Source: a virus
Direction: 5' to 3' (one strand)
DNA length: 39,638 nucleotides
IMG/VR virus record: IMGVR_UViG_3300045988_105477
The position numbers were made by a program, and so were the translations under genes. Position 1 is the first letter of the stretch; each line of letters begins with the position of its first letter. The notes beneath the pieces are model-generated. The model saw only the letters and a list, made by a program, of their open reading frames with translations. It searched no databases and was not told the origin of the DNA. Shown piece by piece: positions 23,265 through 32,896 of the stretch.

Positions 23265-23716
23265 GTATGAGCCTCCGTGTTCTTCTTGCCCTCGTCGCTG
23301 GCCTGACGGATGGCATCCAGCATATTTTTAACAAAGGCGGGGTAGGGCACCCCCATAATGGCGGTATTCTCCAGAATCGACAGTCCCTCGTTGGCAATAA
23401 AAAACATACACACTGCGTCCCGTACAAAATCGCTGGATGTGGCCTGATCCAGTAATGCCCCCATCCATACCAGCGCCAGCATGACGCATTTCTTCGCCAG
23501 CCCTTTGAACCCAGCGTCGGAACTCAGCGCCCCGGTGCCGCTCTTGCCGGACTTATGCCAGATGGCCGCTACCATCCAGCCAGTGGCGTAGTCCAGCACC
23601 ATGAAACAGATCAGCACTTTCAGCGCCATATCCCAGCCCCCCAGCGCCTGCGCAATGACGGAGCCTGCCGTGGCCAGCGCCGCCAGAATCAGGTTTTTCA
23701 CGTGTACCGCGTTCAT
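23261..23716 (-). CDS. Holin (phage_holin_4_1 / TcdE-like family)
   Basis: LICFMVLDYATGWMVA ... GFKGLAKKCVMLALV ... FFIANEGLSILENTAIMGVPYP. RBS AGGAGG. Confidence 0.85.
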   Translation of the reverse strand: MNAVHVKNLILAALATAGSVIAQALGGWDMALKVLICFMVLDYATGWMVAAIWHKSGKSGTGALSSDAGFKGLAKKCVMLALVWMGALLDQATSSDFVRDAVCMFFIANEGLSILENTAIMGVPYPAFVKNMLDAIRQASDEGKKNTEAHT

Positions 23717-23730
23717 ATCGCACCTCCTGT

Positions 23731-24054
23731 TCAGGAGCCAAGCCGCACGGCCTTGACAGGATGTCCGTCCTCGTCATAGGTAATGCGGTACTGCCCCTCC
23801 GGCGTCCATACGGTTTCCTCGGTGCCCGCCTTGTCCGGGCTGAATCTCATGCAGTCGTGAAGATGCTTCACATCCTCGGCGGGTTCACCGGGGTTGAAGC
23901 CCTCTGCCATCTCCTGTTCCGTCCAGCCCGGTACCGTGCCATCGTGGTTCAGGTGGAAGGTGGCACCGGCCTCTTCCAACTTGGCGTTGATGACCTCAAT
24001 GCTGTCGCCATTCAGTCTGCCCTCGTTGATGATCTCTTCGAATTTTCTTTCCAT
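23731..24054 (-). CDS. Hypothetical protein
   Basis: 107-aa acidic protein between the fibre module and the holin gene. Confidence 0.55.
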   Translation of the reverse strand: MERKFEEIINEGRLNGDSIEVINAKLEEAGATFHLNHDGTVPGWTEQEMAEGFNPGEPAEDVKHLHDCMRFSPDKAGTEETVWTPEGQYRITYDEDGHPVKAVRLGS

Positions 24055-24107
24055 AATGTAACCCCTTTCAAAAATTACTTGTTATCCCCAGCCACCCGCT
24101 TGGTGCC

Positions 24108-24809
24108 TTAAAAACAGAAGCCGAAGGATACGCCAAATGCGTAGGTCGCGAGGTTGTAGTTGGCTTGGCCACTGATGACAACGCAGAAACGCGCAGAGCT
24201 GCTGCTATGCGGAGAACGCTCCCACCAAGATTCATCACTGCCGTTGCGGTTCTTCACCTTGCTGTTGCCCGCCTTGTAGTAGTCGTACTGCGTTCCCTCG
24301 CCGCTCTTGGAATAGTGGACGCTGCCGAAAATCTCGATCTCGCTCAGCAGGAACAGCTTGTCCGCTGTGGTGTTGATGGTGGCGCTCTGGTCGCCCGCCG
24401 AGGTCAGCTTGTTCACCTCCCGGATGCCGTTCTGTACCTCTGTTGGCATCAGCGCCAGAATGGCAGGCAGGTGTGTGCTTCGCATGGCACAGCTCGTCCA
24501 GCCGCCTACGTTGGTGTTTGAGCTGTTCATCGGCTTTGTGTCCGCGTAGCAGTCATGCATCTGGAATGTCAGCGGAGCCTTTCCAGAGCCATCAGCATAA
24601 TCGTCATGGCCTTTACCAATGATGTCGATAACGTAAGCCGTTCCGTTAATCGTCATGGCTTTCTGATTCCCAACTACCCACGTCTCTGGCACTTGGTTTT
24701 TGTGGCAGGCGTCAATGATCTGCGCCCACGTATTGTCCGCAAAATTCGCCTTGTACGTCACCGGCGCCGTATGCACCTTGCCCTTCCGCATCATCAAGCA
24801 ATGTCCCAT
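24108..24809 (-). CDS. WWERSP-motif (DUF6273-like, from memory) putative receptor-binding protein, paralogue 2
   Basis: KLFLLSEIEIFG ... ESWWERSPHSSS parallels the upstream paralogue. Confidence 0.6.
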   Translation of the reverse strand: MGHCLMMRKGKVHTAPVTYKANFADNTWAQIIDACHKNQVPETWVVGNQKAMTINGTAYVIDIIGKGHDDYADGSGKAPLTFQMHDCYADTKPMNSSNTNVGGWTSCAMRSTHLPAILALMPTEVQNGIREVNKLTSAGDQSATINTTADKLFLLSEIEIFGSVHYSKSGEGTQYDYYKAGNSKVKNRNGSDESWWERSPHSSSSARFCVVISGQANYNLATYAFGVSFGFCF

Positions 24810-25543
24810 TACGCCACCCCCTTCAGCTGTAGAGTTGTCTCGTCAAACTTGGCGGTAGAGGGGATGATTAGGGCGGGGCGGATGCCATATGAGTTAGATG
24901 CTTTTGTCCTGCCGTTGCTGCCGGTGAGGGTGACGAACCACACGAGGACGGTGCTGTTAGTGTGCGGGGAGCGGAGCCACCACCTGTCAGCCGAGTCATT
25001 CAGGTTTGCAATACGCTTGTTGTTGGCGGATGTACCGTTTCCACTCTCGAAGTAATCCAGCTTTGCGCCATCTTGCGGAAAATATTCGTTATCACTGGTA
25101 GTCCAGCCCAGTTCATAGCCGCCCAACAGGAATACTTTGCATGGCAGACCGTTCGCACCGGTGTTGTCATCGTGGCCTCCAGCGCCGCCCGTGCGATACG
25201 GAATTTTCACCTGTTTAATTATTGCTTGTTCAATCGTCCCTAAACTATTAAAGTAGTCTCCATTTAGCCAAGCGTTGATGGAACTGTTTGCATATCTGCT
25301 CACTTCATCGCTATCCCACACTCTATTGCTATGAATATCTTTCCTCAGCAACCATGTACCATTACAACTACTATCATACAGACTGCTATTCTCAGGTATC
25401 CCCTGATTGACCACCAGATAATCAACAGCCGTGCCACCCTCCATCAGCTTCACCACGGAACCTACCGTCAGCGTCCCGGCCTGAATCACTGTCGTCGGCG
25501 CCGTCAGCAGTGGCACGCGCTTGCTCGTAATGACCATTCCCAT
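24809..25543 (-). CDS. WWLRSP-motif (DUF6273-like, from memory) putative receptor-binding protein, paralogue 1
   Basis: KVFLLGGYELG ... DRWWLRSPHTNS. Contains a visibly AT-rich internal patch at about 25190-25450. Confidence 0.6.
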   Translation of the reverse strand: MGMVITSKRVPLLTAPTTVIQAGTLTVGSVVKLMEGGTAVDYLVVNQGIPENSSLYDSSCNGTWLLRKDIHSNRVWDSDEVSRYANSSINAWLNGDYFNSLGTIEQAIIKQVKIPYRTGGAGGHDDNTGANGLPCKVFLLGGYELGWTTSDNEYFPQDGAKLDYFESGNGTSANNKRIANLNDSADRWWLRSPHTNSTVLVWFVTLTGSNGRTKASNSYGIRPALIIPSTAKFDETTLQLKGVA

Positions 25544-25544
25544 A

Positions 25545-27224
25545 TCACATCACCACCACAACAATGGGGATGCTCACAGTGTTGGCGTCCCCGAAGATCG
25601 TAAATTTGATGCCGCCGTTGTAGGTTTCGGCGTAGCCGTTGGTGATACAGTTGAGATACTGGTTCTCTGCCTCCACAAAGGCGGCGTAGTCCTCGCTTGT
25701 CCCGCTGCCGGTGTAGGCGTGGTCTACCGTGGCCGTGTGGGTGGAGAGCACGCCGGGGATGGCCACGCTCTGGGTCTTGACACCGGTGGTGCTGTCCTCC
25801 GTCCATGTGGTGCCGATAGTAGCGGTGTAGGTTTTCACAGAGGAAATGGCCGGCAGCTGGCTTGCAGGCACCTTGCCGTCCGTGCCAAGAGACGCCGCGC
25901 CAATGTCCGCAGGGGTAAGGGGGTCTGCCCCATTTTTCCCGTGCTGGCTGGCGTGTTTCCCCGCCGCCTTGCCGTCCCACGTGGCTTTCTGTTCGGCCGT
26001 CACGTGGATGTCGCTGTTGCCAATGTGCCCCGGCACGTCTTTCAGCGCCGTGTTGAACGCCGTCTCCGTGCCGGAATACCCGGCTTCCACGGCGGTCTGG
26101 TACGCGCTCTTGCCGTCCGTGCCCTTCACACCTGCGGGACCTCGCGGGCCTTCCGGGCCAATGGCACCCTGCGCACCCTGTACGCCCTGAATGCCCTGCT
26201 CACCCTGCGGACCCTGTGCGCCAGTATCGCCTTTCGGGCCTTGCACACCTTGCTTGCCTTCCGGCCCCTGCGGGCCTTCCGGGCCTTGTAGCTTGCCGAC
26301 GCTGGACCAGTCGTTTTCGATCTCAGACCAGATGTAGCACTCACGGTCTGCTTCCACCATATACATCTTGTCGTTTCCAGCGGGGATGGCGTTCCGCAGC
26401 GCTGCAAGAGTTGGGTAAATATCCTCAATGTAAAGGCTTGTTCCGTCCTTGCCGGGAGCGCCTGCTGGGCCCTGCGCACCAGTGGGTCCCTGTGCGCCTG
26501 CGGGGCCTTGGGGACCTGCGGGGCCCTGAATGCCCTGTGCACCCTGGTCGCCCTTGGGGCCCTGCACACCGGGCACGCCCTGGATACCCTGCGGGCCTCT
26601 TGCGCCCTGTGCGCCCTGCTCGCCCTGTACGCCCTGCGGGCCTTGGGGGCCGCGCACGTTTACGCTCTGAGGAGGGGACGTTACATTTTGCAGGGAAAAG
26701 GACATAACGCCGTTAATGTCCACACTGGGGACGATGGCGGGTCCCACCGGACCCTGTGCGCCGGTGGCTCCGGTATCGCCGGTATCGCCCTTGTCGCCTT
26801 TTTCACCCTTGTCACCCTTTACGCCGGTGACCACGGTCACACCGTTCTGGTCCGTTACCGTGCCGTTGGTGAACTGCATCCGGCTCCGCTGGGGGAGGGC
26901 CTGTCCGTCCGGGCCGATAATCAGGTGACCGGAAGAACCGGTTGCCTGCCAGATTTCGCCGTCCGTGCTGACCTCCAGCACCTTATCGCTGTTCAGACGG
27001 ATGTACTTGAATCCGGCCTCGTTCTGCGGCAGCAGCACCGCCGTTTCCACACCCAGATTTTCCAGCGCCGGGATCAGGGTATCGTTCATGTAAGCCTGAA
27101 GGGCCTTGCCGCCCTCGTCGAACTTGTTTTTCAGCTCGGCGGAAGTCATGCCGCCAACGTCATTGGGTTCATCGTCCAGCGCCGCAATGATCGCCATGTT
27201 TTTGTTGAATTTTTCAATTGCCAC
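25545..27224 (-). CDS. Collagen-like-repeat tail fibre/appendage protein
   Basis: GTG start after GGAGG. Three blocks of G-X-Y triplets ([29 protein letters not shown]; [22 protein letters not shown]...; [31 protein letters not shown]...). Confidence 0.8.
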   Translation of the reverse strand: MAIEKFNKNMAIIAALDDEPNDVGGMTSAELKNKFDEGGKALQAYMNDTLIPALENLGVETAVLLPQNEAGFKYIRLNSDKVLEVSTDGEIWQATGSSGHLIIGPDGQALPQRSRMQFTNGTVTDQNGVTVVTGVKGDKGEKGDKGDTGDTGATGAQGPVGPAIVPSVDINGVMSFSLQNVTSPPQSVNVRGPQGPQGVQGEQGAQGARGPQGIQGVPGVQGPKGDQGAQGIQGPAGPQGPAGAQGPTGAQGPAGAPGKDGTSLYIEDIYPTLAALRNAIPAGNDKMYMVEADRECYIWSEIENDWSSVGKLQGPEGPQGPEGKQGVQGPKGDTGAQGPQGEQGIQGVQGAQGAIGPEGPRGPAGVKGTDGKSAYQTAVEAGYSGTETAFNTALKDVPGHIGNSDIHVTAEQKATWDGKAAGKHASQHGKNGADPLTPADIGAASLGTDGKVPASQLPAISSVKTYTATIGTTWTEDSTTGVKTQSVAIPGVLSTHTATVDHAYTGSGTSEDYAAFVEAENQYLNCITNGYAETYNGGIKFTIFGDANTVSIPIVVVVM

Positions 27225-27227
27225 AGG

Positions 27228-28763
27228 TTACACCTCCGTTTTCGGCACTTCGCCTGTCTCGTTGATTTTCCGCTGCAGCTGGCCGTAGCCCGGCCCGCCC
27301 CGTACTTCCAGGGCTTCTTCCTCTGTGGGGGCTGCGCCGCCCTGCGCCTGCTGCATCATCATCTGTTCCTGCTGCATGGTGGCAATCAGGGCTTCTTTAT
27401 CAGTAATCTGGCCGGCAGGCAGTCGTTTCAGATACTCCACGGTGGAAATCTTGCCTTGCATCAGCAGATTGTCCAGCGTCTGCATGGCGGCAATTTCGCT
27501 CCAATAGGAGGCTGCCCCTGCGTCAAGGCCAATGGTAAAGGGGATAGTTTTCAAGGTGGAGAAGTCAAAGGGAACGGCGATTTTCTGCTGGTCGTAGGGG
27601 TTGGAAATTTCCACATACCGTTCGCCGTAATACTCTCCCATAAACTCCATGTAGATGCGCCCCAAGTCCTCAATGCTCTGCAAAAGGCTCTGCTTTGTCA
27701 GTTCCATAGGCGTTGCCGCCGCCCGCTGCAAGGCAATGATGGCGGAGGTGTTGTCCGGGCGGGTATCGCCCAGCGCCACATCCGAGGCTCCAAGGAACTT
27801 CTGAGTGTAGGAAATGGCCAATTCAATAAACTGGCTGATCTGTGGGCTGACCGCCGCCGGGTCAATAATCTTCGCCACGCCCTCCACACTGCCGTTTACC
27901 GGAATGGCCCCGCCCACCCGGTTCGTCCATTTGGCAACCTTGGTGGAATCGTATACGATCTTCGGGTACGCCAGCGTCATCATGGAAATCATGGACAGGG
28001 CGAACAGCTTGTTCACAAAAATTTGGTTGGGAATCAGCCCGGTAATCATGGCCTGCCCGTGATAGCAGTCCTGCACAAAGTCCCACGGCATCCATGTAAT
28101 GGGGTACAGCTTGACCCCCAAGTCCGTGTCGCCCCGGATTTCTGCCTGCCGGGTGCATTCGTAGGCGTGGATAGTGCCGGTTTCCTCGTCCTTCCACAGC
28201 CGGAGGATTACCGTGACTTTCGTCCCGCTGCCGCTCATGGAATCCATATAGGTGCTGCCGCTGTCCTTGTTGTCCGCGTTGATGGCGGTGGGGTCATTGC
28301 CGTACCGTTTCGCCCGCTTCCGGGCTTCTTTCAGCAGCATCCGCCGCTCAATCAGAATATACGGTTGGCTTTGAACGTCCCGGTTGTTGGGATTCCCGAA
28401 CAACACTTGCGTATTCTGCAAGACCTCCGTCCGAATGCAGCCCTTGCTTGTCTGTCCGGTTTCCACGTCTTCATCCCAGTAAGTGTAAGTGCACCCGTCC
28501 CCATCCACGGCGGCGTTCCGGGTAAACTCCCGCAGCACCCCGCCGATGTGATTGAACTCAAAGATGGCGGAAAACTGGTCGTTGAGAATGTCCGCCACCG
28601 TTTCAAGAACCCGGGCAGTCTGCTGCCCGCTGGATGCCATGGGGCGTGCCCACAGCTTCAGGTTATCCGTGGAGATATTGGCAACGGAGAACAGCACCAC
28701 ACGCTTGAGAAAGTTGAATACCGGGGTAGGGAGGCCGTTGCTCTGCACGCCTTCCCACTGCTT
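27228..28763 (-). CDS. Portal protein, exon 2 (joins to 29638..29519)
   Basis: 511 codons starting KQWEGVQSNGLPTPVFNFLKR, with no ATG or RBS of its own. Portal-like features include ALGDTRPDNTSAIIALQRAAATPMELTK. Position is next to TerL and the fibre gene. Confidence 0.65.
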   Translation of the reverse strand, partial: KQWEGVQSNGLPTPVFNFLKRVVLFSVANISTDNLKLWARPMASSGQQTARVLETVADILNDQFSAIFEFNHIGGVLREFTRNAAVDGDGCTYTYWDEDVETGQTSKGCIRTEVLQNTQVLFGNPNNRDVQSQPYILIERRMLLKEARKRAKRYGNDPTAINADNKDSGSTYMDSMSGSGTKVTVILRLWKDEETGTIHAYECTRQAEIRGDTDLGVKLYPITWMPWDFVQDCYHGQAMITGLIPNQIFVNKLFALSMISMMTLAYPKIVYDSTKVAKWTNRVGGAIPVNGSVEGVAKIIDPAAVSPQISQFIELAISYTQKFLGASDVALGDTRPDNTSAIIALQRAAATPMELTKQSLLQSIEDLGRIYMEFMGEYYGERYVEISNPYDQQKIAVPFDFSTLKTIPFTIGLDAGAASYWSEIAAMQTLDNLLMQGKISTVEYLKRLPAGQITDKEALIATMQQEQMMMQQAQGGAAPTEEEALEVRGGPGYGQLQRKINETGEVPKTEV

Positions 28764-29518
28764 CAAGGTTGTTATCGCAGAGGCTTTTTATCCTCTGCTT
28801 CTCATAGTTTCCCATGAGTTCAGCATATCTTTTCACCCGTTCTGGGTGCCCCCGCCTCGTGGTGGCTGATAGCGGTTCACGCCCTGCCACTATGCGTTGC
28901 GGCTGGCTTACATTCCTGTAAGCCTTCACCTCTGATTAGCTTGCGAGACTTATGATTTTTATTTGCCCTCGCTGTGTTTTCACTGCGAGTGATCCACCGG
29001 CAGTTTTCAGGGCAATACCCATCATTGGGGTCAATGCGGTCAATGGTCAGGTCATCCGTGTATCCATGGTGCAGCGCCCACGCCTTGAACGCCTCATAAC
29101 TGTCCCATTCCTCACACACACGAACGCCCTTGCCGCCGTACAAATAGTAGGCTCCACGATTTGCATTGCTGCACCGCTGCCGCATCCCGCTCCATATCGT
29201 GTAAAGCCGCGTTCTGTGGTCATGGCTCTCTCCGTGTAACGTATTCTTTTCCCCCTGTGCTTTGGCCGTTTCTCGACGCAAGCACCCGCAAGAGGATGTA
29301 TTTCCGCTTCGGAGGTTATTGCCGGTGGCAACAACCACCAGCCCACAATCACAGGCGCACTTCCAATATGTCTTGTGGTTTTGCAGGCGGTCGAATCCCA
29401 CAACAACTAAGCGCCCATATCTTTTACCGGTTAAATCAATCATATTCATCCTCCATTAGATGTTTTGTCTCGTTTAGCCTTCCAGCTTTTTTCGGGGGTT
29501 TTACATCGGCAAGCCTTT
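28764..29518 (-). mobile_element. Putative group I intron (755 nt) interrupting the portal gene
   Basis: P1: CAUCGGU (29525-29519) pairs with GCCGAUG (29510-29504), with a U.G pair at the splice site. The intron ends in G (28764). P10: GCUU (29514-29511) pairs with exon-2 AAGC (28763-28760). The exon junction is in frame. An endonuclease-like ORF lies inside. Confidence 0.65.
28877..29449 (-). CDS. Intron-encoded homing-endonuclease-like protein (degenerate HNH_3-type C-terminus)
   Basis: 190 aa. LTGKRYGRLVVV...WKCACDCG...SCGC N-terminal domain. TRLYTIWSGMRQRC...YGGKGVRVCEEW...IDRIDPNDGYCPENCRWITRSEN resembles the HNH_3 block vDHiD....N...NLRw.t..eN with His replaced by Arg. Confidence 0.6.
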   Translation of the reverse strand: MNMIDLTGKRYGRLVVVGFDRLQNHKTYWKCACDCGLVVVATGNNLRSGNTSSCGCLRRETAKAQGEKNTLHGESHDHRTRLYTIWSGMRQRCSNANRGAYYLYGGKGVRVCEEWDSYEAFKAWALHHGYTDDLTIDRIDPNDGYCPENCRWITRSENTARANKNHKSRKLIRGEGLQECKPAATHSGRA

Positions 29519-29638
29519 ACCGATGAAGAAGTTTTCGTTTGTTTCTACACAATCGTACAGGTCTATCCCGGAATTGAAATTCACCCCGGCAGCGTATTCC
29601 TTTGCCACTTGCTCCGGGGTTATGATGCCTTTACTCAT
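29519..29638 (-). CDS. Portal protein, exon 1
   Basis: RBS AGGAGTGGTGTT then ATG, directly after the upstream gene's stop codon. MSKGIITPEQVAKEYAAGVNFNSGIDLYDCVETNENFFIG. Unspliced, the frame stops 5 codons later. Confidence 0.6.
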
Positions 29639-29650
29639 AACACCACTCCT

Positions 29651-31498
29651 TTACTTGACATTTCCTGTGTATCGCAGCTGTACATCCGTCTGCAAAACCG
29701 TTGCCGTTGCGGATGAGGAATCGCTCTTGTAAATCAGCTTGTAGAATGTGGCTTTCTTGACCTTCATCTTCACCCGCCGTACCTGGGGTTTCCGGTTGGT
29801 GCCGAAGGACCAGTGGGCAAAATCCGCATGGGTAAAGGTGCTCAAGCCGGAAGACACGACCTTTTCCGGGTAATCGCTGCGCCGGTTGGTTTCTACCGTC
29901 ACATTCACCCGGGCATTGCTCTCCGGCTGAATGGCCACAAAAATCTGCGGGCTGTACTTCAACACCCAGTCCCGGTCAAAATCCATGGAGCCGGTGGCGG
30001 CGTATGCGTTGATGTTTTCTCCGTCATCATTGCGGTACTGCCGGGAAAAGTGCACCACACTGCCGTCCTCACGGAATCCGTAGGTTTCAAGGCCGATTTC
30101 CTGCATACCCCGGAAATTGATGTTGGTGTAGAGATACCATGCGTCCGCTCCGTAATTGAGAATCAGCGCCTTGTCCTGATAAAGCCACCAGAACTCCTGA
30201 TGATTTTTCCGGTTGAAAATCCGGGTTTCGGCCATATCAAAGCCCTGTAAAGTCACCTCTGCCCGGTTGCTGATGCGCTCTGCGTTCCGCTCATCGGAGG
30301 TGATATTGCCGCCGGTGGATACGGAGCGCCACCGGTAAACCGCTTGGTCATCCAGCGTCAAGGGGTTGTTTTCCAGCAAGTCCACCTGCCCCATGGCCTT
30401 GTTCCCAAACTGCCGGTTCACAGGAGTAATGTAAAAGGCCGCTGTGGTCACGTTGGAAGCGGTGGTCAGGGTGGAATAACTCATGCTCCATGCACTGTCC
30501 TGCTTGAATACCAGCAGCCGCGCATAGTGGCGGATCATGCCGGTGATGGGGGTGTTGGCATCCCCCACTTCCGCTTCATAGAGGTCAGGGAAGTAGTCCG
30601 CCGTAGGTTTGGCCGTTGAGGCGTCAATGCCGGAATAGATGGTCTTGTTGGTGCCGTCTCCGTAGAGGAATACACGGCTGTCCGTCTGCCCGTTGTAAAG
30701 TTCGGCAAACCGCATTCCGGTTACCTCACCCCGCGCTCCTTCCCCGTTGCGGTACACCAGTTCCAGCGTATTGACCCCTGCTGCCGGTGCGGCGGAGAGG
30801 GTGAAGGTTCTCGCTTGCAGATCGGAGGTGTAGGGCTGCTCCGCGTCCCCGATTTTCACGGAAATAATCTCGTCCACATGACTTTCCGGAATCTTAAAGG
30901 TCTTGGCCGTTCCGTCAGGGGAGTAAAGCACCTTCCGTTTTCCCGTCAGCCGGTTCACATTTTCCAGCAGATACCCGCCGCCCTCCGCCGTGGTGGCGTT
31001 CATCACCGTGGGGATATACCCCTCCACATCGGCAAAACTGTTCTCTGCCTTGCCGTCCCAACTCATATATTCGTGTCCGTTCAGCAGATAGACTTTGTTG
31101 CCGAAGCCGAAAAATGTGGTCTGTGCCTGTGTGCATTTGCCCACAACGGAAGCGGCAGCAGATGTCAGGTTGATGTCAAACACAAGCCCACCAAAAGCTG
31201 CCAGCAGCTTTTCTGCACCATTTACAACACCTTCCCAAGACCCGCAATACACCGGGCTTTCCGTTGGGGCGGTGTTCCCCTCCTCGGCGCACCATGCGTC
31301 CCACGTTGTTTTTAGGGTCAGCAGGGTTTTGGTGCCGGGGCGCAGCTGCAAGTGGTTCTCCCGTGTCACCCGGAAGTTTCGCTGCACGCTCATTTCGCCG
31401 TTTTTAATTTTCGTATCGCCGTCCGGGTTCTCATTCAGCCCCAAAAACTGGCGGATCTTCAAGATTTGAATGTCGTTGTTGACGGCAATCCGCGCCAT
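29651..31498 (-). CDS. 615-aa virion structural protein (tail/knob-like by position)
   Basis: Large ORF between TerL and portal. No motif recognised; the call rests on synteny only. Confidence 0.45.
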   Translation of the reverse strand: MARIAVNNDIQILKIRQFLGLNENPDGDTKIKNGEMSVQRNFRVTRENHLQLRPGTKTLLTLKTTWDAWCAEEGNTAPTESPVYCGSWEGVVNGAEKLLAAFGGLVFDINLTSAAASVVGKCTQAQTTFFGFGNKVYLLNGHEYMSWDGKAENSFADVEGYIPTVMNATTAEGGGYLLENVNRLTGKRKVLYSPDGTAKTFKIPESHVDEIISVKIGDAEQPYTSDLQARTFTLSAAPAAGVNTLELVYRNGEGARGEVTGMRFAELYNGQTDSRVFLYGDGTNKTIYSGIDASTAKPTADYFPDLYEAEVGDANTPITGMIRHYARLLVFKQDSAWSMSYSTLTTASNVTTAAFYITPVNRQFGNKAMGQVDLLENNPLTLDDQAVYRWRSVSTGGNITSDERNAERISNRAEVTLQGFDMAETRIFNRKNHQEFWWLYQDKALILNYGADAWYLYTNINFRGMQEIGLETYGFREDGSVVHFSRQYRNDDGENINAYAATGSMDFDRDWVLKYSPQIFVAIQPESNARVNVTVETNRRSDYPEKVVSSGLSTFTHADFAHWSFGTNRKPQVRRVKMKVKKATFYKLIYKSDSSSATATVLQTDVQLRYTGNVK

Positions 31499-31510
31499 AG
31501 TCTGCCTCCC

Positions 31511-32896
31511 TTAACCGTAGGATAGATAGCTGTCGTTCATATCCCCGCCACACATCACATCATCGTAGTCATCCCCGGTGTCGAAATCGTCCTGCACCCG
31601 GATTTCCTCTTTCTGTGCCCCCAGAACACGGGTCACGCAGAAATAGCGGGCTGCATCGCAGATATGGGTAATGTCGTGGGGTTCCGTTGCGCAGTCTGAC
31701 GGGTTCTTCTCGTCGTGTTGAATGGCAGGGAGATTCCGAATCAGTCCTGTACAGTTTTCCGCCACCAGCAGGCCGGGGCGGTCTGTGTCGCTTTTCATGG
31801 GTTTCAGCAGCTCTTTCACTGCCATCCACCCCTGCACCCGGTTGTTGCTGGCTTTCAACAGCCCCAATCCGTTCTGGGCGAATATCTCCGCCATGCTCCG
31901 CCCACTGTCCTTCTGCCGGTTCCACATATCCGGCGGGGCAATGGTAAATTCAATGTGCTCCTCCGGCGGGGTCAGGGCATTTGCCAGCTTTGCCGCCTCG
32001 GACACGATCAGTCTGCTTTGTTGTACCTCCCGGTACACATAGCACCGCCCGTCAAAGTCCACCGCCACCCAAAGGCAGGCGAACATATCAAGGCCATAGT
32101 CGAATGCCCGGTATTTCTTCCACTCCCGGGGCACACGCACAAAAGGCGCAATCACATGGGTTTCTTTGCGGAACTCCGGGAAAAACGTGCCTGCCATGGC
32201 GTCCCAATCGCCGTACCGCCATGCCCGCCGCACGTCCTCCGGCAGCAAGTCCAGCATCTGCTTGTATTCCGGAGACGCCTCCAAAAGCTGGGGGTTATCG
32301 TCCACCGTGGCGGGGATGAAGGTATAGTCCTTGGCTTTTTCCCCCTCCCGGTATTCCCGGTCTACAAACAGCCGCTTTACCCACAGGTGCCCGATGCCGC
32401 CGGGGTTACAGGTCAGGTACATCCGCCGGGGGACTTTCGTGGAGCCACGGAGGCACGCGCCCAGCGTCCGGAACTGCCCCTCGGTAAACTGGGTGGCCTC
32501 CTCCATGAAAATCCAGTCAAATTCAAGTCCCTGATATTCCTGATCGTCTCCGGCGCCGTAATGGCCGAACTTGATAATGCTGCCGTTGCAGAAGAACATC
32601 ATCCGCATACTGCCGTTGTAGCTGCCCACCTCCGGCGGGATCAGCTTCTGCATGGGCAGAATAATGTTCTGCTCCAATTCCGGATATTCCCGACGGACAA
32701 TCAGAATTTTGATGCCGGGGTAGGTGAGTGCCCCTCCCGCCGCTTTCCGCAGCAGCACATGGGTCTTGCCGCCGCCTCTGGCACCGCCGTAAGCCGTGTA
32801 CCGGCTCCGTGATTTGCAGAACTGCATCTGCTTGGGGTTCAGTGACCCCAAATCCACCTGTACGCTGCCCCCGGCAGCCTGCTTGTATCTTGGCAT
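31511..32896 (-). CDS. terL: Terminase large subunit
   Basis: Walker A GGARGGGKTH, Walker B-like DWIFMEEATQF, and a C-terminal RNaseH-like nuclease region (FDYGLDMFACLWVAVDFDGRCYVYRE ... HDITHICDAARY). Confidence 0.9.
   Translation of the reverse strand: MPRYKQAAGGSVQVDLGSLNPKQMQFCKSRSRYTAYGGARGGGKTHVLLRKAAGGALTYPGIKILIVRREYPELEQNIILPMQKLIPPEVGSYNGSMRMMFFCNGSIIKFGHYGAGDDQEYQGLEFDWIFMEEATQFTEGQFRTLGACLRGSTKVPRRMYLTCNPGGIGHLWVKRLFVDREYREGEKAKDYTFIPATVDDNPQLLEASPEYKQMLDLLPEDVRRAWRYGDWDAMAGTFFPEFRKETHVIAPFVRVPREWKKYRAFDYGLDMFACLWVAVDFDGRCYVYREVQQSRLIVSEAAKLANALTPPEEHIEFTIAPPDMWNRQKDSGRSMAEIFAQNGLGLLKASNNRVQGWMAVKELLKPMKSDTDRPGLLVAENCTGLIRNLPAIQHDEKNPSDCATEPHDITHICDAARYFCVTRVLGAQKEEIRVQDDFDTGDDYDDVMCGGDMNDSYLSYG

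Noticed and set aside
25545-27224. The collagen-like repeat region as a diversity-generating retroelement target.
   Set aside because: There is no reverse transcriptase gene or template-repeat copy anywhere in the circle. The repeats are G-X-Y coding periodicity.
26508-28817. Very long antisense ORFs opposite real genes: 769 aa at 26508..28817, 726 aa at 17270..19450, 446 aa at 20028..21368, 400 aa at 15452..16654, 365 aa at 31715..32812, 305 aa at 33176..34093 and 316 aa at 22278..23228.
   Set aside because: Their products are Arg/Gly/Pro/His-rich, low-complexity sequences with no motifs or RBS. They run across real gene boundaries (for example fibre/portal/intron). This is the expected by-product of GC-rich codon bias on the opposite strand of confidently identified genes.
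28663-28929. 88-aa ORF (MKAYRNV...MGNYEKQRIK...) that could be joined to the portal frame by a +1 shift in the A5 run at 28785-28789. This would imply a frameshifted or pseudogenised portal, or a homopolymer sequencing error.
   Set aside because: The upstream 40-codon exon with its own RBS, the P1/P10 pairings, the U.G wobble and terminal G, and the in-frame NENFFIG-KQWEGV junction explain the split portal better. The 88-aa frame overlaps the endonuclease gene and lacks an RBS. A homopolymer error cannot be fully excluded without reads.
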